A stretch of 64,000 nt of DNA from Candidatus Taylorbacteria bacterium RIFCSPHIGHO2_01_FULL_46_22b (GTDB lineage Bacteria; Patescibacteriota; Minisyncoccia; Phycocordibacterales; DSPV01), in assembly GCA_001820875.1 (NCBI GenBank), contig MHRF01000007.1:140479-204478 (forward strand), given 5' to 3'. The stretch's first letter is position 1. Every line of letters starts with the position of its first letter. The notes under the pieces are model-generated. The model did no database searches, was not told the DNA's origin, and worked only from the letters and a program-made list of their open reading frames with translations. Shown one piece after another: positions 31,472 to 40,666 of the stretch. A program made the position numbers and the translations under genes.

Positions 31472-32740
31472 TTAGTGAGTACTTTTTCCAACAATATTTG
31501 AAATAGTTACTGATGCATGACCTGGTGCAAAAGAATCAAGGCGAAAACCTACTACATGGGTCTTATTGTCAGGTCTTGTGCTCGTGGAGAAAAAGAAAGT
31601 TTTATTTTCTGTAGATGTATTCAAAAACCTACCATCTATTTGACCAATACTTTGGCTATCCCAGTATACTGTTAATAATGATTGTGTCACCGAACCATTT
31701 GAGAACGTGGCATCAAAACTTATCCCTTGCCAAGCTAAGGTACTTGTAGGAGTTACGCTAAGTGCTATCCACGTCACTCCTGATTTCACCCCTTCCGTTT
31801 TCGATGAAGAGAGGAGTATTTTTGACCCATCGATTTTTGCAGTCCCTTCCCGATCCAGTACAGCGTCCAAATTTACAGGATATCTCTCTTCAATTGGGTA
31901 GCCGCGTAGGTTTATGTGACACTGGGTTTTTAGGAACTCATCTGAAATCTTGTCACACCAAAATGAATCTTTATTGCTTTCCGCACTATAGTAGAGCGCA
32001 GTATCGGAGGGAACTATTGGAATTTTCCTTACGGAAGAGACAATTTTTCTTAACATAGAATCATCTTCTGGTTGCATGTCGATTCTGAAAAGACGATTTG
32101 GTTGTGGTTTGCCAAATATCGGCTCAGTGGGACGGAGATAGTATATTTGTATTGTACGCCCGCCAGTATTAGTGAAATCGTAGATAATTGCTGGGAGATT
32201 TTGACCCTCAACCGTGTATTTGGTGAAGGTTTCACCAATCCCACGAGATTTAAGACCTTCTGTGGTAGAAGCAACAACAGTCTTTACTTGTTTCTCTAAA
32301 GTATCGAGGTCTCTAGGGACTACAGGGAGTAGTACTACTTGCAAGTATCTTTTTATGGTAGAAGTACCGATATCGGCGATCTCCAAGAGCTTACTGGAAT
32401 AACCAGATTTTTCATACGGTTCCTGTGGAACGATGTAATGTTCTGGGCCTTCCAAATTTTCCTTTGCACTTAAGAAATGATATTCAAGAGGGTAAGAGAT
32501 TTGGAATCCCCACTCAGTGTCGCTATAGGTTTTCCAGTTGTCAGGCACCAGAGATGGAGGAGTATCAGATTGGGTCCTTGTTATTCTATTTTGGTTATAC
32601 AAAAAATAGACACCTAGAATTATTCCTATAGTTATCAACAAAGATATTGAGACTAAAACTAACTGTTGGGAAGATTTCTTCGTTGGTAATGAAGCAAGAG
32701 GTTCCCGAATTTCCCCTTGAATTTCCGGATCTGTTTCCAT
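31472..32740 (-). CDS. secreted hypothetical protein with a C-terminal domain shared with the divergent neighbour
   Basis: Start set to the internal ATG (METDPE...) just before the TM/signal anchor. C-terminal about 90 aa (ISFDATFSNGSVTQSLLTVYWDSQSIGQIDG...VVGFRLDSF) is homologous to the C-terminus of 32910..35255. Confidence 0.6.
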   Translation of the reverse strand: METDPEIQGEIREPLASLPTKKSSQQLVLVSISLLITIGIILGVYFLYNQNRITRTQSDTPPSLVPDNWKTYSDTEWGFQISYPLEYHFLSAKENLEGPEHYIVPQEPYEKSGYSSKLLEIADIGTSTIKRYLQVVLLPVVPRDLDTLEKQVKTVVASTTEGLKSRGIGETFTKYTVEGQNLPAIIYDFTNTGGRTIQIYYLRPTEPIFGKPQPNRLFRIDMQPEDDSMLRKIVSSVRKIPIVPSDTALYYSAESNKDSFWCDKISDEFLKTQCHINLRGYPIEERYPVNLDAVLDREGTAKIDGSKILLSSSKTEGVKSGVTWIALSVTPTSTLAWQGISFDATFSNGSVTQSLLTVYWDSQSIGQIDGRFLNTSTENKTFFFSTSTRPDNKTHVVGFRLDSFAPGHASVTISNIVGKSTH

Positions 32741-32909
32741 AGTGATCTCTTTATTATACATTGAACCGAGAGCATAGAATAACAGGAACATAACATCATT
32801 CTTTGAATGTAAACCGTTTTGGCGGTATCGTTTATTGTAGGGAAATCTATTCGAGTGAATGGATTTCAGAACAAGGAGAACAGAGAACATTTACAACCGA
32901 ATACACTGT

Positions 32910-35255
32910 ATGAAAAACACACTGACCATTAGTATTGCAACTCTCGTTGGAGTGTTGCTTTCCGACACGCGGCACATCGTCGCACAATCAGTTACACCAG
33001 TACCGAACATGATTTGGATCAACTCTGGAACGTTTGTGATGGGAAGTCCGTTGAACGAGGAAGGTCACACTATTTATGAAGAGCAACAAACTCGCGTTAC
33101 GCTGACGTACGGCTTCTACATGAATAAATTCGAGGCCACACAGCAGGAGTATCTCGATTTAACAGGTCTCAATCCAAGCACTACTACCAATCTCGATGCG
33201 CCGGTCACCAAGACTTCGTGGAATGGCGCAGTGAATTACTGCTTCTTGTTGACAGAGCGAGAACGTAGTGCAGGACGTATCCCAAGCAATTGGGAATATC
33301 GTTTGCCGACTGATGCCGAGTGGGAATATTGCTGTCGTGCGGGGACAACCACGCGATACAGCTTTGGCGACGATCCGACCTACACACTCATCAATCAGTA
33401 CGAGTGGTACATTGGGAATACCGGAACTAACGGACTTTTTCCGCGTTCCGTGGGAATTAAATTGCCCAATCGGTGGGGTCTCTATGACATGCAGGGGAAT
33501 GTTTCGGAGTACGCCCTAGACTGGTTTATAGACAATCCTTTCAGAGGAAGTCTTCCGGGCGGATCTCTTGTTGATTCGCATGGGCCCACAACTGGAGTTT
33601 GGCGCGTGTTTCGTGGAGGATCCTTTTTTGAAGGGGTCTCATCTTGTCGAGCGGCAGTACGAGGAGGTATTTCGCCGACTAGCACTTCAGGTTTGATTGG
33701 TTTTCGGGTTGTGCTTGCGCCGGCTACGCCTGAATGGAGACAGGTGATTGAGACGCAACTCGAAAGACCGAAGTATAGTTCGGGTCCAGTTAAGGAAGTT
33801 GGGAAGAGCAAATTGGTGTTGGTGACGCATGGGTGGATTCCTTCGTGGGATATACCTCAATTATCAACGGCATGGGTTGACGAGATGACAAACAGCATTG
33901 ATCGATATCTAACAGATAAGGGTCTGGACGGATGGCAAGTGGTTGGATACAAGTGGATTGAGGGAGCACATCCTTTGGACTTACTTTCTATTGCTTTTCC
34001 CACTCGTGCTGCCCAAACAGCGCTCGAAAATGCCAAGAGAGAAGGAAGAAAACTAGGGGAGTATCTTGCTGGGCAGGGGTGGAGTGAAATACATTTCATC
34101 GCACACAGTGCAGGCTCTGGACTCATCCAAGCTGCAACGGAAGCAATCAAGGATATTTCTCCTAGCACAATTGTTCATGTTACCTTTCTTGATCCGTTCG
34201 TGGGACTCGACTACTCGGGTGTCAGTAGTTATGGCAACAGGGCAGACTGGGCAGAAAATTACTACAGCAGGGATCTGGATACTGGAGGTGAGAATTGGCC
34301 GTTTACACAGGGACTTTTCGATTACTGCTACAATATCGAAGTCACTTGGGTTGATGACAACAAGATCCTCGGACCTGTTTACATCAGCACTCCGTTGGGG
34401 ACACAGAGGTGCACCCAAACGGTGTCTTCTCACGGATGGCCAATTCAGTTCTACCAAAACACGATACCGCCCAATACCCAGCTAGGTTCTGCAGGTTTTG
34501 GTTTTCCGCTAAGCAGGGCGGGTGGGAACTGGGACTATGCCATCAGTAACTACATGGTTAGTCCCAATGCGCTCTGGGTGCTCGGGACACCAGATGATCC
34601 GCAGTGCAACCAGCTCTACACAAGCACCCCGCCTATGATTGGTGAAAGGGTAGACTTCAGTAATTCACCGATCGAAAAGAGTTCAACTGGAGAGGTGAAA
34701 ATTCACGGAATAGATTCCTTCTCTCTAATCACTGGTTCACCTGTGTGGCTTGCAGCAGTCATCAACCCCACTAATTCGGTCAACCTCGTATCTTTTGATG
34801 CGAAGTTTGTGAACGCCAACGGATCCGAAGGGTTGTTGTCCTTGTACTGGGATACCAATAGCATTGGGTCTGTGGATGAGCCGGCTATCCAACTAGGATT
34901 CAAGCGCTACGCATTCATGTTTCCTCGCGCGGCAAGTAATACCTTGCACATACTTGGATTTCGTCTCGATGCGTTCACGAATGTACCCTCTAGTGTGTTG
35001 GTGACAAACGTGTCGCTTGTGTCCATGGGAGTGTCAGAACCGTTCACGCTTTCGTTTGCGGGAGTGTACACGAATATGTTACCAATCTTCGAGCTCACTG
35101 GACCAACCGGTGTTGTGTATACCATTGAGACCAGTTCGAATCTTGTTGATTGGACAACATCAGTTGTCCTTGTGAACAATAGTGGAAAAGTCAGGTTTTC
35201 GGATCTGGCATCAACAAACGCCCTGCAGAGGTTTTATCGTGCGGTTGCGCCTTGA
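32910..35255 (+). CDS. secreted multidomain protein: FGE-sulfatase (SUMF1-like) domain + alpha/beta-hydrolase (lipase-like) + shared C-terminal beta domain
   Basis: Signal peptide MKNTLTISIATLVGVLL. FGE motifs MIWINSGTFVMGSP...WEYCCRAG...RWGLYDMQGNVSEY...FRGGSF. Lipase-like LVLVTHGW and FIAHSAGSG (GHSxG-type). C-terminal LLSLYWDTNSIGSVDE...ILGFRLDAF. Confidence 0.7.
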   Translation: MKNTLTISIATLVGVLLSDTRHIVAQSVTPVPNMIWINSGTFVMGSPLNEEGHTIYEEQQTRVTLTYGFYMNKFEATQQEYLDLTGLNPSTTTNLDAPVTKTSWNGAVNYCFLLTERERSAGRIPSNWEYRLPTDAEWEYCCRAGTTTRYSFGDDPTYTLINQYEWYIGNTGTNGLFPRSVGIKLPNRWGLYDMQGNVSEYALDWFIDNPFRGSLPGGSLVDSHGPTTGVWRVFRGGSFFEGVSSCRAAVRGGISPTSTSGLIGFRVVLAPATPEWRQVIETQLERPKYSSGPVKEVGKSKLVLVTHGWIPSWDIPQLSTAWVDEMTNSIDRYLTDKGLDGWQVVGYKWIEGAHPLDLLSIAFPTRAAQTALENAKREGRKLGEYLAGQGWSEIHFIAHSAGSGLIQAATEAIKDISPSTIVHVTFLDPFVGLDYSGVSSYGNRADWAENYYSRDLDTGGENWPFTQGLFDYCYNIEVTWVDDNKILGPVYISTPLGTQRCTQTVSSHGWPIQFYQNTIPPNTQLGSAGFGFPLSRAGGNWDYAISNYMVSPNALWVLGTPDDPQCNQLYTSTPPMIGERVDFSNSPIEKSSTGEVKIHGIDSFSLITGSPVWLAAVINPTNSVNLVSFDAKFVNANGSEGLLSLYWDTNSIGSVDEPAIQLGFKRYAFMFPRAASNTLHILGFRLDAFTNVPSSVLVTNVSLVSMGVSEPFTLSFAGVYTNMLPIFELTGPTGVVYTIETSSNLVDWTTSVVLVNNSGKVRFSDLASTNALQRFYRAVAP

Positions 35256-35272
35256 TCTGTTCTTCAGTTCAG

Positions 35273-35306
35273 AGCTCGCTACACTTGTGGCGGGCTCTTT
35301 CTTTTT
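35273..35306. terminator. bidirectional terminator between convergent genes
   Basis: gagctcgc-(loop)-gcgggctc with a G.U pair, followed by tttcttttt. Confidence 0.55.
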
Positions 35307-35581
35307 ACTAATTTACCGTATACCGATCCTAGTCCTGTCCCTATGATAATTGCAACGAGGAAAAGAATAATTTGTTGAGCTTGCAACGGCAGATTCATGT
35401 TTATTCCCAAGATAGCGTAAGGAAGACCAAGCAACCAAATAACAGGCCACATGGGTACGGTTAATGGCCAGAGGATTAAAGCAGAATCTTGTCCAAGTAG
35501 TTGAACGAATATGAAAGGGACGTAGAAAATTAAACTTATTACACCGCCTTTCACCCAATGTGGCCACTTGCTGGAATTCAT
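35279..35581 (-). CDS. small membrane protein, paralog A (M.SKWP.W..GGVI family)
   Basis: 100 aa, 3 TM segments. N-terminus MNSSKWPHWVKGGVI. Confidence 0.5.
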   Translation of the reverse strand: MNSSKWPHWVKGGVISLIFYVPFIFVQLLGQDSALILWPLTVPMWPVIWLLGLPYAILGINMNLPLQAQQIILFLVAIIIGTGLGSVYGKLVKRKSPPQV

Positions 35582-35586
35582 GTTAG

Positions 35587-35877
35587 CTACTGTGCAAACT
35601 TTATTTTTTTGATCCTATCAATGAAAATACCAATTATTGAACCGATTAGAAAACTCAATAAAAGACTAATAAGAGTTATCGAAAAGAGAGGAGGGTAGTT
35701 ATTGAGAATTGGAAGAACAGAAAGAAAGATACCAGAAAAAATCATTGGACTTATATTAATACAAAGAAATCCTCCTACAAATAGATAGCACAGTAAAGGA
35801 GGAATATCCAAGATAACGCCAATTATAGTTCCTATTACTCCTCCTCTTAACCAGTATGGCCACTTGCTAAATTTCAT
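35587..35877 (-). CDS. small membrane protein, paralog B
   Basis: 96 aa. N-terminus MKFSKWPYWLRGGVI, homologous to the downstream neighbour. Confidence 0.5.
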   Translation of the reverse strand: MKFSKWPYWLRGGVIGTIIGVILDIPPLLCYLFVGGFLCINISPMIFSGIFLSVLPILNNYPPLFSITLISLLLSFLIGSIIGIFIDRIKKIKFAQ

Positions 35878-35997
35878 AATGGTTTTATTGTACTCCCTTT
35901 AAGAGAAGTGTTATACACAGTAAACAGGTTTGAGACTAAAACCCAGTTTAAGAGGTTTTTTCTGGTATGATATAAGGTATATCCTAGGATTACTATC

Positions 35998-36474
35998 TTG
36001 AAAAGACATATTGTAGTTACTAAAGGCATTGGAAAAGCCAACACAGAGCTTTCAGCTTTTGATAAGGCTCTTATTGATGCTGGGATTGCCGATCATAATC
36101 TCATTCATTTGTCGTCAATCATTCCTCCGAAATCAGAAATAAGAAAAGAGAAGTATGAATTAAAGGCAGAGGAATTTGGTAATAAATTATATGTTGTTAT
36201 CGCAGAAATGAGAGAAAGTAGAGTAAGTAAAAAGGCGTGTGCAGGTCTTGGGTGGGTGTTATCAGAAGACGGAAGTCAAAAAGGCCTTTTTGTAGAACAT
36301 GAAGGGGAGAGTGAGGAAGAAGTCCAAGGTTTAATTGAAAAGAGTTTGTCAGAGATGAAGAAAAATCGTGCTGATAATTTTGGTCCTGTGCAGTCTGAAA
36401 TAGCGAGTATTTTGTGCGAAAGTTCTCCGGTGTGTGCTGTAGTAGCAGCTGTGTATAAGAGTGAAGCTTGGTAG
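35998..36474 (+). CDS. pdaD: pyruvoyl-dependent arginine decarboxylase (PdaD-like)
   Basis: IVVTKGIGKANTELSAFDKALIDAGIADHNLIHLSSIIPP matches PvlArgDC, including the Ser-Ser self-cleavage site. Confidence 0.65.
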   Translation: MKRHIVVTKGIGKANTELSAFDKALIDAGIADHNLIHLSSIIPPKSEIRKEKYELKAEEFGNKLYVVIAEMRESRVSKKACAGLGWVLSEDGSQKGLFVEHEGESEEEVQGLIEKSLSEMKKNRADNFGPVQSEIASILCESSPVCAVVAAVYKSEAW

Positions 36475-36480
36475 TAAGAT

Positions 36481-37404
36481 ATGGATACATTCATTAATCA
36501 TGTTTGGAACATAAGCAACTCGCTTTCCAGCGAGTACAACCTTGATGTTCAATGGTTTTTTGTTATCTATCTGATTTCATTTGCCCCCTTCTATTTTGGC
36601 TATTTTTTGATGGCTTATGGAACCACACGCAATCTCAAATTTACTGATCTGATACACTTACGGTTTCGGCATAAACTCCAGTGGCACTCCTATTCAAACT
36701 GGGGCTTGTTCATACATCTATTCGGTCGAGTGATGCCCTATGTATATATTTTAATTATTGGCAGGAATTTACCTCTTTGGGTTTATTTTCTGATTGTCAG
36801 TATTATCGGATTTTCTGTCGGATACCTTTTATATAAAATCTTGCAAAAGGGGAATCGTAGTGAAACCAAAAATGATTTTTCTGTAATAAAAAAGGATAAT
36901 ATTTCTGATCCTGTCGAGATTGAGACAATATGGGAGATTTATAACCATACATTTGAGAAAGTAAATCGCTTAAGTCCTTGCCGACAGAGTTTTGATCATG
37001 ATCATTTCGTTGAAGCACTTCGGGATTCAACGATACATAAATATCTTTTGCAATCAACAGTTGATGGCACGGTTGGAATTGGTCTTATAACTAATGACTT
37101 TAAGAATGCACCGTGGATTAGCAGTGATTATTTCAAGGCTCATTTTCCAGAAGCGTTTGCAAAAAACACAATTTATTATTTTCTTGGACTGGCTATAAAA
37201 GAGCATTTTAGGGCTAGACGCTTATCTCTCTTATTGATTGAAGATATTATTGATGAAATTCCCCATGATGCTATTATGGGTTTTGACCACTCGAGAAATA
37301 TAAATCCGCTTCTCCATCATTTTACAAAAGTGGTTCGTCAGGCACGCTCACTCATGAGAACTCACATAGACAGGCAACATTACCATATTGTGCAACGCAA
37401 ATGA
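36481..37404 (+). CDS. membrane protein, hypothetical
   Basis: 3-4 N-terminal TM segments plus a soluble C-terminal domain. Confidence 0.5.
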   Translation: MDTFINHVWNISNSLSSEYNLDVQWFFVIYLISFAPFYFGYFLMAYGTTRNLKFTDLIHLRFRHKLQWHSYSNWGLFIHLFGRVMPYVYILIIGRNLPLWVYFLIVSIIGFSVGYLLYKILQKGNRSETKNDFSVIKKDNISDPVEIETIWEIYNHTFEKVNRLSPCRQSFDHDHFVEALRDSTIHKYLLQSTVDGTVGIGLITNDFKNAPWISSDYFKAHFPEAFAKNTIYYFLGLAIKEHFRARRLSLLLIEDIIDEIPHDAIMGFDHSRNINPLLHHFTKVVRQARSLMRTHIDRQHYHIVQRK

Positions 37405-39038
37405 CGTTTTCTATCTTCAATATTTTTTCGATTATGACACTTGGCTTGTCACTATTACTGGCATCCTATGTGTACGAAAACAACAAGAATAGTAAAGTGA
37501 ACAGGACGTTCTTGTTCTTGATTTTCAGCTCTATGTTTTGGATCTTTGCCAATTTTATGACTGATTTGGCATCGGATTTATTTTCGATATTACTGTGGAG
37601 TAAGTTGACCCTGATAGGACCTATCGGTATCGGCTACTTTTTTTATCGAATGTCGATTTTTTTTCCGAAAGAGAAAAAGGTTAATAAATTGTATGGGGTG
37701 TTTGCTCTCTTGGGCGGGCTGCTCTTACTAGCATTTGTTCCAACGAGATTTAATATTCTTAGTGTTTTTATAGGAGAAAATAATATCCCTGCAATTATTC
37801 CGGGCCCTTTGTACTTTTTCTTTCTCCTATATTTTCTGACAGTCCTTTTACTTTCATTTGTAAACTTATTTCGTGGGTATAAAACTCTTAATCATCTCGA
37901 AAGGCTTCAAATATCTTATATCTCTCTAGGAGTTGGTTTGTCAGCTTTGTTTGGGAGCATTACTAACTTGGTGTTGCCGTTGCTAGGTTATTCAGAATTT
38001 GTTAATTTTGGGCCGTATTTTATTCTTATTTTTATTTTCTTTAGTTCGTACGCGATCATTAAATATAAACTCTTTGATATCAAGATTCTTACGACTCAAC
38101 TGCTTGTATTCTCTCTTTCCATCTTTATTTTCTTAAGGGCTCTCCTAGGGGATTCTCTGCAAGAGAAGATAATAAACGGAGTGCTATTTGTTCTTGTTGC
38201 AGTTGTGGGATATTTTCTTATTAAGAGCGTGTTTCGCGAAGTGGAGCAGCGAGAGAAGATTGAGACATTGGCGAAGGATTTGGAGGAGACGAATGATCGG
38301 CAGGAGAAATTGATTCACTTTATCGGACATGAGGTGAAAGGGTATCTGACAAAAGGCGAATACGCGTTTTCGGAAATGGTGGAAGGGGACTATGGAGAGC
38401 TCTCACCTGACGTGAAGGTGCTCTCAACCACTGCGCTTGCTGAATTGCGCAAGGGGGTGGCGTCGGTGACGGATATTTTGAAAGCGGCGAACCTGAAGCG
38501 CGGGACGGTGGCATATGAATTGAAACCGACTGATTTGAAAGGAATCGTTGAGGAGGGAATTATTAAATTGAAACCTTCGGCAGAAGAGAAAGGGCTTAAG
38601 CTTCTAACTGCGGTAAGTGAAGGGGAATGCATGGTGAATCTTGATCGTACACAGTTTGGTGAGCATGTGATCAGGAATTTGATAGACAACTCGATTAAAT
38701 ACACGCCGACAGGAAGCGTAACCGTTGGACTCTCTGTGAAGGATGGGAAGGCTATATTTAGCGTGAAAGATACTGGTGTGGGAATCACGGAAGAAGACAA
38801 AGCACGTCTCTTTACCGAGGGCGGCCGCGGGAAGGATTCGCTCAAAGTAAACGTGCATTCAACCGGATATGGCCTCTATATCGCCAAACAACTGGTCTTG
38901 GCTCATGGCGGGAGAATTTGGGTAGAGTCTGAAGGTTCGGGGAAGGGATCAACATTTTTGGTGGAATTACCTCTGACGTCTTCTGTTCCAGTTTCTGTTG
39001 CAACTGCACCGGTCATGCCTCCTGCGCCGCAGGCATAA
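37401..39038 (+). CDS. sensor histidine kinase with polytopic (7TM-like) N-terminal sensor domain
   Basis: H-box LIHFIGHEVKGYL. N/G boxes NLIDNSIKYT...GYGLGLYIAKQLVLAHGGRIWVES. Confidence 0.8.
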   Translation: MTFSIFNIFSIMTLGLSLLLASYVYENNKNSKVNRTFLFLIFSSMFWIFANFMTDLASDLFSILLWSKLTLIGPIGIGYFFYRMSIFFPKEKKVNKLYGVFALLGGLLLLAFVPTRFNILSVFIGENNIPAIIPGPLYFFFLLYFLTVLLLSFVNLFRGYKTLNHLERLQISYISLGVGLSALFGSITNLVLPLLGYSEFVNFGPYFILIFIFFSSYAIIKYKLFDIKILTTQLLVFSLSIFIFLRALLGDSLQEKIINGVLFVLVAVVGYFLIKSVFREVEQREKIETLAKDLEETNDRQEKLIHFIGHEVKGYLTKGEYAFSEMVEGDYGELSPDVKVLSTTALAELRKGVASVTDILKAANLKRGTVAYELKPTDLKGIVEEGIIKLKPSAEEKGLKLLTAVSEGECMVNLDRTQFGEHVIRNLIDNSIKYTPTGSVTVGLSVKDGKAIFSVKDTGVGITEEDKARLFTEGGRGKDSLKVNVHSTGYGLYIAKQLVLAHGGRIWVESEGSGKGSTFLVELPLTSSVPVSVATAPVMPPAPQA

Positions 39039-39096
39039 AAAACAAAGAAAGAAAGCGCGCGAGGCAGGAGCCTCGCGCGCGGATTTGTTTCCGATC

Positions 39097-40044
39097 TTAC
39101 TGTTGTTCACGCGTCGCTCGCCGGAGAGCATCGAGTGCTCCACCAAGCGGGTCGAAGAACCAATGACGTCCTGTCTCCCATTCATCAGGGTTTTCCAAGC
39201 AGACTTCCTCGATGATCCAGTCCTTCCTGACGATCAATCCGAACGCGGTTGGACTCATGGGTCGTGGGAACTCATCTCGAAGAGCTTCCTCAAGGAGAGA
39301 CAGCAATGTACGGAGCTGTTCTCCGAGGAACTTTGATTGAGCCACCTTATCCCCAATGTCCCCAATGGTTTGCTTGAGCAGCCATTGCTTGAACTCAGGT
39401 TCTCCTCGCGGAACCAGTTCTTTGGCAACATCGCCAAACACTTTGCATAGGCACCACAGTGCTTGGGTGCGCGGATCCCTCACCATTCCCAACGTCTTCC
39501 GTCTGGGGTTGTGGTGGGCGGTCGGACCTTCTGTGTCGGGAGTGGAGAGGTTTCGAGCAATTTTCCCCAGCTCAGCAAAGAGTTTGTTGCTCATGTGGTC
39601 GGCAGGGAAGATTGATCGCGTGTCCCATGTGTTGTGGGCAACGACCTGCCAATCTTTGCGGAGTGTTCCTGTGGCGCCAGCGAGGGTGAGGAAAGAATTG
39701 CCTACTCCCCACCACGTCAGTTTTCCGAGGAGATCACTTCGTTGTTTGAGGCGATCCAGTTTCTCGCACAACTCACGATGTTCCTCGTGGTGTGATTCGA
39801 GAGCCTTTAACGAATTGCATCGGTGTACCAGCGAGTTGTGTTCTCTGACGAGTTGGCAGTGCAGTCTCAAGAGAGATCTTGTTACCGAACAAACAAGTGT
39901 TCCGAGCACGACCTCTGTCTCGGGGACTACCTCGTGGTTTTGGAGTTCAGCCGGCGGCTGATCAATGACTTCCTGTTCTGCCGCACTGAATGCGATTTGC
40001 AGGATATCGAGGATGGGTAAGTGTCCGACCTTTTGGGGTGGCAT
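39097..40044 (-). CDS. hypothetical protein (GC-rich island)
   Basis: 315 aa, about 56% GC. No recognisable family. Confidence 0.4.
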   Translation of the reverse strand: MPPQKVGHLPILDILQIAFSAAEQEVIDQPPAELQNHEVVPETEVVLGTLVCSVTRSLLRLHCQLVREHNSLVHRCNSLKALESHHEEHRELCEKLDRLKQRSDLLGKLTWWGVGNSFLTLAGATGTLRKDWQVVAHNTWDTRSIFPADHMSNKLFAELGKIARNLSTPDTEGPTAHHNPRRKTLGMVRDPRTQALWCLCKVFGDVAKELVPRGEPEFKQWLLKQTIGDIGDKVAQSKFLGEQLRTLLSLLEEALRDEFPRPMSPTAFGLIVRKDWIIEEVCLENPDEWETGRHWFFDPLGGALDALRRATREQQ

Positions 40045-40220
40045 AGGCTAGCGGTCTTGGGTTTGGGGTGATGTGGAGAACGGATACAAAAGCAGGATGC
40101 CTTCGTTTGGACCTATATTAGCGATAAATTGACTAGAGTCAATACGGGTATATTGACTAATTGTTATTTACATGATAAAAATCCATTTTAGATTTTTAGT
40201 CTCTCAAACCGTTATGCCGC

Positions 40221-40640
40221 TTGACATTTCGGTCACGCACTTCAACCGCCTTCTTTAGAGACAGGAGGCATTTACGGAGGATTCAGATGACCTTGAAAAA
40301 GTCAGAGAATTTAGTGGCTCGCAAACCTGCATCCTATCCCACCGGTCGTCTTGGCTGTGGGATGCATGTGGCAACTGCAATCGCGGATGGATTCGATAAA
40401 GGGAAGGTGAATGATGCCCGATCCCTGCCAGAACGTGTGTCGGGGTTCACCCGACCGGAAGTGCTTGCGGGAATGCTCTACGCACTCGGTTTTCCTGCCA
40501 AGATCCGCCGACTGGGGAAGTTTCCGGACGAAGTCCTGATTGGAGTTGTTACGCGTCAGATTCGTAACGCCACCCCGATCGTCCTCTTGGTCGGCGCCGG
40601 TCCGTGGAATAGGGCTCGGTCGCTTGCGACCGAGCCCTAA
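40221..40640 (+). CDS. hypothetical protein (GC-rich island)
   Basis: 139 aa. Ends inside a strong terminator hairpin. Confidence 0.3.
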   Translation: MTFRSRTSTAFFRDRRHLRRIQMTLKKSENLVARKPASYPTGRLGCGMHVATAIADGFDKGKVNDARSLPERVSGFTRPEVLAGMLYALGFPAKIRRLGKFPDEVLIGVVTRQIRNATPIVLLVGAGPWNRARSLATEP

Positions 40641-40651
40641 TCCATTTTTTT
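40611..40651 (+). terminator. rho-independent terminator
   Basis: agggctcggtcgc-tt-gcgaccgagccct then aatccattttttt. Confidence 0.75.
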
Positions 40652-40666
40652 GGTAAAATAAAGCTA

